From contig JAYRFE010000070.1 of NCBI GenBank assembly GCA_041908545.1, positions 1-39,587 on the forward strand: 39,587 bases of DNA. Direction: 5' to 3'. Within the stretch, counting starts at the first letter, position 1, and each line of letters begins with the position of its first letter. Made by a program: the position numbers and the translations under genes. This document shows, one piece after another, positions 21,301 to 28,842 of the stretch. The notes beneath the pieces are model-generated. The model saw only the letters and a program-made list of their open reading frames with translations, did not search any database and had not been told where the DNA came from. The DNA is from Candidatus Moraniibacteriota bacterium (GTDB lineage Bacteria > Patescibacteriota > Minisyncoccia > Moranbacterales > UBA1568).

Positions 21301-22806
21301 ATGTTCAAAGATTCTCTCCGGAAAATTTCCGAATACCGAAGCGAGCTTCGGACAAAGAAAATGAAAGTGCCTGTCGTGTTCCACGTACAGGATGCCCTTC
21401 TTCCGAATGAGGCGACTCTCGAGCAGCTCGAAAGCGTCGCTTCCAACAGCGAAATTTTCGACCATATCGCCGCCATGGCTGATGTCCACAGCAAACCTGG
21501 ACGCAAGAACGCGACCGGCACTACCGTTGCCTCCGAATCCTTCATACTTCCTCAACTCAACGATAGCGACCCGGCCTGCGGCATGCGCCTCGTCCGTACC
21601 AACCTGAACGAAAGCAATACGACACCTGAGGAACTCCACCGACTCTTCGAAGCCCTGGTCCCGGTCGTTCCGACCAAAGCCTATATCGGTACTTACCTCC
21701 CTTTCCGCGTCGTCGTCGATATCTGCCGTCGTGGCATCACCCCACTCATCGACTACCTCGGTATCCGGACAAAATATGAAGCTGAAAACTCGCTTGACCG
21801 TGGAAATTTTTTCCCGACAGAACCGTCACACCGGGATATTCTTAATATTCTCCCGCCACTTTTTCTCTTCTTCGCCCAATTCCGTTCCGGAATCCTCGGA
21901 GCGGCCGGCAATCATTTCCTCGACCTCATGAAGGTGACCGGCATTGAAGACGAAACGACTGCGACCAGACTAGGCGTCAAAAACGGCGACTATCTCTTCA
22001 TGATCCACTGCGGTTCCGGCATACTCGGTCAGTACACCATGTACATGTATACCGCCAAAAAGCGCGAACATCTCTCGACGGCCATTCTCATGAATATCGG
22101 ACGTTTCTTTTGGAACACCCCCTTCAAGAAGACTGTCCGATCGATCGCAGCCAAGATCCGCGCATCCGATTTCGGCCGGAAGGAACCACTCATCGCCTTT
22201 GATGGAGACGGCGAAGACGGCAAACTCTATATGGCCGCCCGCCAAGCCTGTTCCAATTTCGCACACGCCAACCGAGCCGTCATCACCCACCATGTCTCTG
22301 AGACCGTCAAACGCATCCTCGGACGCGATCCCGAATGCGAATTGCTCTACGATATGCCGCATATCCTCGTATCCCAGGAAGAACACGCCGGAAAAAAAGT
22401 CTGGGTTCATCGCAATGGCACCAGTCGCGCCTATGGTCCGACGCGCATGCAGGATCATCCGATATTCCGCGAAACCGGCGAACCTGCCTTCATCCCGACA
22501 TCCATGTCGACTGAGGCATACCTCTGTGTCGGACAGGACGGAAATGATTCCAGTTTCTTTTCCTGCAATCACGGTGCCGGGAAAGCGGCTACCAAGACGG
22601 AAGACGCAACCCCGGAAAACAAGATGGAACTCGATCGAAAGTTGGAGGCGAAAGGCGTCCGTCTCTACAACGGCCGCTCATCGAAAGTCATCGAACAGGA
22701 CTCCTCTCACTACAAGCGAGCCGATGATGTCATCGCGAGCGTCAAGGAAAACGGTATCGTCAAGCCCGTCGCCCGCATGCAGCCGATTTCAGTCATCATG
22801 TACTAA
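21301..22806 (+). CDS. rtcB: RtcB-family RNA ligase (divergent, 501 aa)
   Basis: The RtcB motif series appears in order: ADVHSKPGRKNATGT, DSDPACGMRL, AAGNHFLDLMKV, IHCGSGILGQ, HRNGTSRAYG, IPTSMSTEAYL, SCNHGAGK. Confidence 0.8.
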   Translation: MFKDSLRKISEYRSELRTKKMKVPVVFHVQDALLPNEATLEQLESVASNSEIFDHIAAMADVHSKPGRKNATGTTVASESFILPQLNDSDPACGMRLVRTNLNESNTTPEELHRLFEALVPVVPTKAYIGTYLPFRVVVDICRRGITPLIDYLGIRTKYEAENSLDRGNFFPTEPSHRDILNILPPLFLFFAQFRSGILGAAGNHFLDLMKVTGIEDETTATRLGVKNGDYLFMIHCGSGILGQYTMYMYTAKKREHLSTAILMNIGRFFWNTPFKKTVRSIAAKIRASDFGRKEPLIAFDGDGEDGKLYMAARQACSNFAHANRAVITHHVSETVKRILGRDPECELLYDMPHILVSQEEHAGKKVWVHRNGTSRAYGPTRMQDHPIFRETGEPAFIPTSMSTEAYLCVGQDGNDSSFFSCNHGAGKAATKTEDATPENKMELDRKLEAKGVRLYNGRSSKVIEQDSSHYKRADDVIASVKENGIVKPVARMQPISVIMY

Positions 22807-22811
22807 AGTAC

Positions 22812-22838
22812 GCGTGCCACTTTTCTCAGCTGGCACGC
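22812..22838. terminator. Hairpin between the convergent rtcB and ligase-like genes (GCGTGCCA-N11-TGGCACGC)
   Basis: Perfect 8-bp stem beginning 6 nt after the rtcB stop and overlapping the stop codon of the minus-strand gene. No strong T-tract follows. Confidence 0.4.
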
Positions 22839-24253
22839 TTGAGATCCCGGGATGGTTTCATAGCATACCCGAATAAAAACGCGAAGAATAAGATCCCGAA
22901 ATGTGAAGTCCAGAGCCAGTGATCCCAGAAAAAACTCGGGAGAAGAGCGACGAGGCCAATGGATTGCGGACTGAAGAACAGAGATTTCGAAGACACAAAA
23001 GATACTACGGATCCGACAAACAAGGCGAGCCCGATCACACCGAGCTCCACCCAGATGAGAAGCAAGACATCGTGCGCCGGCTGGATTTCCCAGATCGGAC
23101 GACCAGGATTTTCTTTCATAAGTTGCGCCGTGAAATTCCCGGCTCCGACACCGATCAGCGGATATTTTCCGATAAGCATCCATGCGTCCCGAAACGCCGT
23201 GATCCGCTCAGATACCGACCCTTCCCGCTCGACTGTCACGGTATCGAATCTCGGAAAAATCTGCTCCCATAAGACAGATCCGAAAACGAATCCGGCCAAT
23301 CCAAGCATAAAAAAAACTTGCAGAAACCGCTTCCGAACTCTAAGTTGCCCCCCTCTCCAGACATGAAATCCCACCAGAGTGATTCCGAGTAGAATCCCAA
23401 GCCACGCCGTACGGGAAAACGTGAGAAGAAGACCAAGAAGAACGATGATGCTCCCTCCTTCGAAAAACAGCCGTTTCTTGATCGAAAGTGCCGATTGCGT
23501 AAGATACCCTATTCCCAAGACCAAAACGACACCAAGATACCCTCCGAGCATATTCGGATGCGGAAACGTACCGTATGCCCGTAGCCACCGACCAGATTCA
23601 TTCTTCAGCACCGATGTCCCGGCTTGCCAGGCTTCATGTCCACTCATCCCGAGCCACGACGAGACGAGCGTATTCTGCGAGAGAAATTGCCCGATACCGA
23701 TTACGCTCACGAGCACCGCTCCTGCGAAGAATGCTGTTGTGAGCAAGCCTGTTTCCCGTTTACCGAATGAACAGCTCAAAAGGAAGACCCCAGCCGCCAA
23801 AAGCAGCTTCACGAAAAAATATCCGGCCAACACCCGATCAGGTGCCCAGAGTATCGAAAGCCCGGCCCAGAAGATAAAGCCAGAAAACAAAGTACTCGAT
23901 TTTAAAAGAAAAGAGTCCAATGAATACTGGAACGTAAAAACAAACTTTTTCTTTGCTATTTGCTCGGAAGCAAAGGGCATCAGAAAAAGCTGTTTTTGCG
24001 TTCCAGTCAAACGCACCAACTGATGTTTTCGCCCCCTGGTACCCTGCCTTGACCGCCTACGCACAAAGTATCTCACTCCATACCACCCGAGTATCAACAC
24101 CAACAGAATATCCGTAGCATAGATACCAAGAGTCCCATACTGCCACTTCTCCCCGCCGATCATCGGCTCACGGAGGAAATACACCGTCTGAAACGGCAAC
24201 AAAAACATGAAAAGGGGAAAAGAAAAACGTGAGAATCGACCCATAATATACAA
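22826..24253 (-). CDS. O-antigen ligase/polymerase-like membrane protein (Wzy_C family) carrying an in-frame hairpin-repeat insertion
   Basis: At least 10 hydrophobic segments and the Wzy_C-type signature LLLTFSRTAWLGILLGITLV. The N-terminus LPFQTVYFLREPMIGGEKWQYGTLGIYATDILLVL is typical of these proteins. Codons for ...GTQKQLFLMPFASEQIAKKKFVFTFQ... are repeat copy a. Confidence 0.8.
   Translation of the reverse strand: MYIMGRFSRFSFPLFMFLLPFQTVYFLREPMIGGEKWQYGTLGIYATDILLVLILGWYGVRYFVRRRSRQGTRGRKHQLVRLTGTQKQLFLMPFASEQIAKKKFVFTFQYSLDSFLLKSSTLFSGFIFWAGLSILWAPDRVLAGYFFVKLLLAAGVFLLSCSFGKRETGLLTTAFFAGAVLVSVIGIGQFLSQNTLVSSWLGMSGHEAWQAGTSVLKNESGRWLRAYGTFPHPNMLGGYLGVVLVLGIGYLTQSALSIKKRLFFEGGSIIVLLGLLLTFSRTAWLGILLGITLVGFHVWRGGQLRVRKRFLQVFFMLGLAGFVFGSVLWEQIFPRFDTVTVEREGSVSERITAFRDAWMLIGKYPLIGVGAGNFTAQLMKENPGRPIWEIQPAHDVLLLIWVELGVIGLALFVGSVVSFVSSKSLFFSPQSIGLVALLPSFFWDHWLWTSHFGILFFAFLFGYAMKPSRDLKRAS
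23929..24004. repeat. Hairpin repeat copy a (core in orientation A on the plus strand), inside the ligase-like ORF
   Basis: ggaacgtaaaaacaaaCTTTTT-CTTTGCtaTTTGCTcggaAGCAAAgGGCATCAG-AAAAAGctgtttttgcgttcc. The arms pair with one T-G wobble and a small internal loop. Confidence 0.8.
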
Positions 24254-24264
24254 AAATTTCCAAC

Positions 24265-24852
24265 CTATAGGCTATCTCGTTGCCTGGTTAGCTCATCCTG
24301 AACCGATTTCCAAAAGGGCAAGAGGGCGGGAAAATTTGCCACTGCCTCATCAGCCCAGTGTAATAAAACAGGATAAATATCCTGACGCTCCCACTGCTTC
24401 ATGCCAAGATTATTGCGTTGGACGATAACTTCTATTTTATCCAAAGCCTTTGCGAATTTTGCCTCGATAGAAGACTGCTCTTCGTACTCCATCCACAACG
24501 CTTCCAATTCATTTCCAGTATTCCTAGGCAGGAGAGCGTATAATTCTTTGGCAGCTCGCAACTCTTTGGCATGTTGTTTTTGATGAGCATCACCATCGTG
24601 TTGATCCATGATCCACACATCACCAGCCACTGCCTCTACCAGATCATGCACGAGAATAATTTCAAGAGCTTTCAGTACATCAAGATCCACATCAAGTTCC
24701 CTAACAAAAATCAGCGCCATCAAAGCAACCCGCCAGCTATGCTCTGCCGGACTTTCTTTCCGTGAATTATCGCTGATAGACAATGCTCGCTGTATTGTTT
24801 TTAACTTCTCCGCCTTCTCTAAAAAAAGGAGTATTGCTCTCTCGTGTGCCAT
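24265..24852 (-). CDS. HD-domain hydrolase (YfbR-like 5'-deoxynucleotidase family)
   Basis: ESPAEHSWRVALMAL and ILVHDLVEAVAGD match the H...HD...D metal-binding pattern. The gene is visibly more AT-rich than its neighbours. Its stop lies 11 nt upstream of the ligase-like start. Confidence 0.75.
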   Translation of the reverse strand: MAHERAILLFLEKAEKLKTIQRALSISDNSRKESPAEHSWRVALMALIFVRELDVDLDVLKALEIILVHDLVEAVAGDVWIMDQHDGDAHQKQHAKELRAAKELYALLPRNTGNELEALWMEYEEQSSIEAKFAKALDKIEVIVQRNNLGMKQWERQDIYPVLLHWADEAVANFPALLPFWKSVQDELTRQRDSL

Positions 24853-24984
24853 AAAAATGAGTTCACAAAATGATTCCTTTCCGTAAGAGTAGCACTTTTT
24901 GATACTCTCACGCGATATATACTACTTTTCTCGACACAAATGAAAACGAAACGGCAGGATACAGAAACGATTTCACGAGAGGGC

Positions 24985-25060
24985 GAGGGGCGAGGGCGGC
25001 TTTTTCTGATGCCCTTTGATTCCGAGCAAACAGCAAGGAAAAAGATCGTCCTCGCCCCTC
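24985..25060. repeat. Hairpin repeat copy b (core in orientation B on the plus strand)
   Basis: gaggggcgagggcggcTTTTT-CTGATGCCcTTTGATtccgAGCAAAcaGCAAGG-AAAAAGatcgtcctcgcccctc. The arms pair with two G-T wobbles and a 1-nt bulge. Confidence 0.8.
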
Positions 25061-25079
25061 GGTACCCTGCCTTAACCGC

Positions 25080-25268
25080 CTACGCACTAAAGTATCTCAC
25101 ACCATACCACCCGAGTATCAACACCAACAAAATATCCGTGACATAGATGCCAAGAGTCCCATACTGCCACTTCTCCCCGCCGATCATCGGTTCACGGAGC
25201 AAATACACCGTCTGCAGCGGCAAGAGGAAGAAAAAAAGAAGCAGTATGTTTCTCCACCACATGCACAT
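25080..25268 (-). pseudogene. Truncated duplicate of the N-terminus of the O-antigen-ligase-like gene
   Basis: The fragment sequence LPLQTVYLLREPMIGGEKWQYGTLGIYVTDILLVLILGWYGVRYF matches the full gene's LPFQTVYFLREPMIGGEKWQYGTLGIYATDILLVLILGWYGVRYF. A 1-nt indel right after RYF causes a stop at 25080, and only about 62 codons remain. Confidence 0.7.
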
Positions 25269-25272
25269 GTCG

Positions 25273-25734
25273 TCATGCCTCCCCGGTTGTCGTGCCACCT
25301 GGATCGCCGAAGAAATCCCACAACATATACACCCCCTCCTCTTCTGTTTCGATACGCAACATCAAAACGGCGGTTATTTCTTTCAGGCCACTCAAATAAG
25401 ATTCTTTTCGTTCCGCTATCGATTCCGGTGTCTGATATTCATCGAAGAAACACAGCACTTGCGCTTCGATATCCTTCATCTTAGCAATAAATCCGACTGT
25501 CTTTTCCTGTTGTTCTTTCGAGACAGCCCTCTGAATCATCCCGGATACTATTTTCGGATAAAAAAAATCGTTTTCAAGCTTCAGATGACCTGCCAACTTC
25601 TTCAAAAAAGAAACTTGCAGATCAATGACACCGGCATATTCGGTCGCCAAGACGGCCTGGCGCTGAATTTCCCCGATCAATCTTCGAAGTTCCCTGTGTT
25701 GAGCGATAAGCACGCTGACCATATCTTCACCCAT
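25273..25734 (-). CDS. Hemerythrin-like (HHE cation-binding) domain protein
   Basis: All-helical ~150-aa protein with H-x3-E-type spacing (AQHRELRRLIGEI, AGHLKLENDFFYPKI, IETEEEGVY). The start is taken at MGEDMVSVL. The assignment rests on pattern only. Confidence 0.5.
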   Translation of the reverse strand: MGEDMVSVLIAQHRELRRLIGEIQRQAVLATEYAGVIDLQVSFLKKLAGHLKLENDFFYPKIVSGMIQRAVSKEQQEKTVGFIAKMKDIEAQVLCFFDEYQTPESIAERKESYLSGLKEITAVLMLRIETEEEGVYMLWDFFGDPGGTTTGEA

Positions 25735-26010
25735 AAGGCAGAATACCGAAAAACTTAAATGTCCGCTCTCCGATTCATTATACCAGAAACAAGCCCCGAA
25801 AGATATCCACCGCAAAAAAACAGACGGTCGCGCCGTTTTATTTCTCCCCGACGATTATCGGATCATACACCGTCCGTAGCGGTGTAGGAAGGAAAAAGGA
25901 CAAAAACGGACAAACTACGAAGCGTTTCATGTGCATACGAAATATTTCAAACCATGCCTAAAAAATCGCCTCTCATTGCCGAGGATAGCACTTTTTGATA
26001 CTCTCAGTCT

Positions 26011-26643
26011 ATGAAATACATCACCTTTTCCGGCGTAGATGGGAGCGGCAAGTCTACTCAACTCGAACTTCTGAGGGAATACCTCATCGGTAAAGGTTTT
26101 AAGGTCGCCTATTTTCACGCAATCGAATTCTCTTTCGCCAATCGGATCGCCCGACGATTCAAAAACATCAAGAACTTCCAACCCGGTCAGGAGAAAGCCG
26201 TCACCAAAACCTCTCTTCTCACGCTTCTTCTCCGCCAAAAACTCCTCTTCCTCGATCTGTTCCGCTTCCGACGGTTCCTCAGCCGACTGGAACGCGAAGG
26301 ATACGACTACGTCCTCTCCGACCGCTCCTTTTTCGACAGCCTCATCCATCTGGAATACCTCGCCCTCCCGCACCGAAAAATACTCCCCTTTCTCCTGTGG
26401 CGCACTCGAAGCGACTTACTTGAATCCTTTCTACCGAAACCGGATATCGCCTTCTATCTCGATCTCGACCCGAAAATCATCATGTCCCGAGAACGCACAC
26501 CTGAACAAGGCATCGAATACCTACACAAAAAACAATCCCTCTTCCGAACGAAAATGAACTCCTGGAATATGCACCTGCTCGCCGCCGATCGGCCGAAAGA
26601 ACTCGTTTTCGACTCACTACTCACCGTACTTCGTGAACGCTGA
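26011..26643 (+). CDS. Thymidylate-kinase-like P-loop kinase
   Basis: N-terminus MKYITFSGVDGSGKSTQLELLREYL (Tmk-type GxDGxGKST P-loop) and a DRSFFDSL motif in the position of Tmk DRY. It lacks the usual TREPGGT segment, so the substrate is uncertain. Confidence 0.6.
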   Translation: MKYITFSGVDGSGKSTQLELLREYLIGKGFKVAYFHAIEFSFANRIARRFKNIKNFQPGQEKAVTKTSLLTLLLRQKLLFLDLFRFRRFLSRLEREGYDYVLSDRSFFDSLIHLEYLALPHRKILPFLLWRTRSDLLESFLPKPDIAFYLDLDPKIIMSRERTPEQGIEYLHKKQSLFRTKMNSWNMHLLAADRPKELVFDSLLTVLRER

Positions 26644-26838
26644 CACAAGACGGAAACCAACGGAAATATCCGGTTCGAGATCCCCCCGATTTCCGTTTCC
26701 GTCCTATCCCAGCCGGAGTCTTGACAGTCCGACTGGATTCCGATACCCTTTCCTGGTAGAGAGAGTTCTTTTTTATTTATCAAATTTCGCACCCTCGAGA
26801 AATGTGTTTTTCATTTCCAAATGAAGAACGTGATTCTC

Positions 26839-27116
26839 GGGGACGCGGAGACGTTAACCGAACGACTGGCACATCACTGCGTCGCAAGGTGGCATCGGTT
26901 CTGGAGCTCGAACCGGCCAACTACGAAAAAACATGATGATGTATCGCCACTGACGAATGAGGAAGTGAAATGATGCTTCATACTTGGTCGAAAACCGCCC
27001 TCTACCCTCCTTGGGCAGGGATTCGACGCGCACCCTTCCGGGCATTCTCGTGAGCAATCTCAGAGCAAGCGCCACAACGACTTCATGGGAACCATCATTT
27101 CTCCGCGTCCCCACCA
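26839..27116 (+). ncRNA. Unassigned structured locus, either an RNA of unknown class or a MITE-like element. A 12-bp terminal helix closes ~250 nt, and the 3' end reads ...CCCC-ACCA.
   Basis: GGGGACGCGGAG (26839-26850) is the exact reverse complement of CTCCGCGTCCCC (27101-27112). This is followed by ACCA and then a hairpin plus T5 (27124-27155). Inside are GGATTCGAC (27019-27027), a hairpin CGGTTC-N8-GAACCG, and GCC AAC TAC GAA AAA ACA TGA TGA (26916-26939). There is no credible ORF on either strand. Confidence 0.35.
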
Positions 27117-27123
27117 TCCTCCC

Positions 27124-27155
27124 GACTAGACGCCAACGTGCGACTAGTCTTTTTC
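27124..27155 (+). terminator. Candidate intrinsic terminator after the structured locus
   Basis: GACTAG-acgccaacgtgcga-CTAGTC followed by TTTTTCTTTTCC. The stem is modest (6 bp, plus an internal 3-bp ACG/CGT). Confidence 0.45.
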
Positions 27156-27264
27156 TTTTCCTCAAGGAAAAAGTTATACTACATTACAAGCGTTGATTTT
27201 ACCATCTCTCCTCTGCCGAAATCATCCTCCCGCGGATTCCGAAATAACGAAATAAGCCATCCTC

Positions 27265-28734
27265 ATGAAAAAATTCTCACAAGCACTTGCCTGGCTCACC
27301 GTTTCCGAAATCATCTTCAATATCGCCGGCTACGTCATCCAATCGGCCGTCGGCCGCATTCTCGGTCCGGCCGATTATGGCCGCTACAGTCTCATCGTGA
27401 CTCTCACGACCATGGTCATCATCCTGATCGGCAACGGAATCCCGACCGCCATGTCGAAGTACCTGGCCGAAATCTTCGAAAGCGCCCCCGAAAAAATACT
27501 CGGCATCAAACGCCAGGCCATACGATTACAGATCCTGCTCATGTCTTCCGTCACGGTCCTCTTCTTTCTCGCCGCACCGCTTCTCGCGCACCTCCTTCAC
27601 GACCCGAGCCTCACTCCGCTCTTCCGTCTTTCCTCCCTCATCATCCCCGCCTTCGCCGCCGCATCCTTCTACTTTTACTACTATACCGGACTGCATTTCT
27701 TCCGCCTCCAAGCGGGACTTAAGATGATGCGCGCACTTGGACGCATCGTCTTCATCATCAGCTTCGCCTACTTCTTCGGTGTCCAAGGCGCCGTATCGGG
27801 CTATATCGCCGCACCACTCTTCATCTTCACTCTCGGCCTCCTGGCTGACATCTTCATCACCCATCGCTACTTTCCGCACGTCAAACAACCGAAAACCGAA
27901 GTCATCGCCTTCTCCGGAAAAACCATACTCACCTACGCCGGACCACTCACACTCTTCCTGCTTTTCTACGAATTCATCCTCACTCTTGATCTCTACTTCG
28001 TCAAAAGCCTTCTTCGAAGCGACTACCTCACCGGTATCTACAACGCCGCTCTCACGGCCGGACGCATCCCTTATTACCTCTTCTACGCCCTCACCATCAT
28101 CCTCCTTCCCGCTATTTCCAAGACGACTGCCGCACGCGACACGAAAGAGACGGAGAATCTCGTCAATAAATCGCTCCGCCTGTTGATATTTCTCCTTTTC
28201 CCCATGGTCACCCTCCTCATGATATACGCTCCCCAAGTGCTTCATCTCTTCTACGGAAACCAATACGCTGCCGCCGAACGACCACTCCAGGTCTATGCGC
28301 TCGGAGTCGGATTCCTTACTGTTTTTTACGTTCTCTCTTTCGCGCTCAATGGTGCCGGACTCGTCAAGATTCCCATGAAGCTGGCCTTCTTCGGATTTCT
28401 CGGCATGATCGGACTCAATTTCCTCCTCATCCCGAAATGGTCGCTCATCGGAGCCGCGCTCTCCACTACGCTCGTCTCCATCGCAGTCGCCATCGCCATC
28501 CTCATCGCCGTAGAGCGGCACTTCCGAGTCCGACTGGCCCCAAAAACCCTCTTCATCTCCCTTGGAAGCGTCATCGTTCTCATATTCGGTTCATACATAC
28601 TCCCGAGCGGTCCATATGGCTTCCTCGTTTCGGGAACACTGCTCACCTGTCTCTATTTCACCCTTCTCCGTTTCTCGGGCGAACTGACCGATACCGATAT
28701 CGCCCCACTCACCCGGCTCTTCAAGAAAAAATAA
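27265..28734 (+). CDS. Polysaccharide/oligosaccharide flippase (MOP/Wzx-type polysaccharide biosynthesis protein)
   Basis: 489 aa with about 12-14 TM segments. The N-terminus LTVSEIIFNIAGYVIQSAVGRILGPADYGRYSLIVTL is typical of Wzx/polysacc_synt proteins. Confidence 0.75.
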   Translation: MKKFSQALAWLTVSEIIFNIAGYVIQSAVGRILGPADYGRYSLIVTLTTMVIILIGNGIPTAMSKYLAEIFESAPEKILGIKRQAIRLQILLMSSVTVLFFLAAPLLAHLLHDPSLTPLFRLSSLIIPAFAAASFYFYYYTGLHFFRLQAGLKMMRALGRIVFIISFAYFFGVQGAVSGYIAAPLFIFTLGLLADIFITHRYFPHVKQPKTEVIAFSGKTILTYAGPLTLFLLFYEFILTLDLYFVKSLLRSDYLTGIYNAALTAGRIPYYLFYALTIILLPAISKTTAARDTKETENLVNKSLRLLIFLLFPMVTLLMIYAPQVLHLFYGNQYAAAERPLQVYALGVGFLTVFYVLSFALNGAGLVKIPMKLAFFGFLGMIGLNFLLIPKWSLIGAALSTTLVSIAVAIAILIAVERHFRVRLAPKTLFISLGSVIVLIFGSYILPSGPYGFLVSGTLLTCLYFTLLRFSGELTDTDIAPLTRLFKKK

Positions 28735-28842
28735 AACCACGCAGAGTACACCCCGATTCTCCCGTGTCCACCCATACGCCAAACGAAAATCGGATCACAC
28801 ATGATATCGTGGATCCGATTTTCATCCGAGTTTCTCGCTTTC

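Noticed and set aside
24940-25146. 68-aa plus-strand ORF
   Set aside because: It consists of hairpin-repeat copy b read in frame plus the antisense of the ligase fragment. It resembles the peptide in the ligase ORF only because the repeat core is inverted.
26839-27116. Confident call of tmRNA (ssrA), or of a Y-RNA linked to rtcB
   Set aside because: For tmRNA, the G3:U70 pair and the GGTTCGA T-arm are missing, GGATTCGAC is in the wrong place for a standard gene, and no CCA lies upstream of it as a permuted gene would require. For Y RNA, there is no Ro60/Rsr gene in the window and rtcB is 4 kb away. It is kept as an open finding only.
26854-27165. 103-aa minus-strand ORF across the structured locus
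   Set aside because: It is Arg-rich, has no motifs and spans the 12-bp inverted repeats. The locus looks non-coding.
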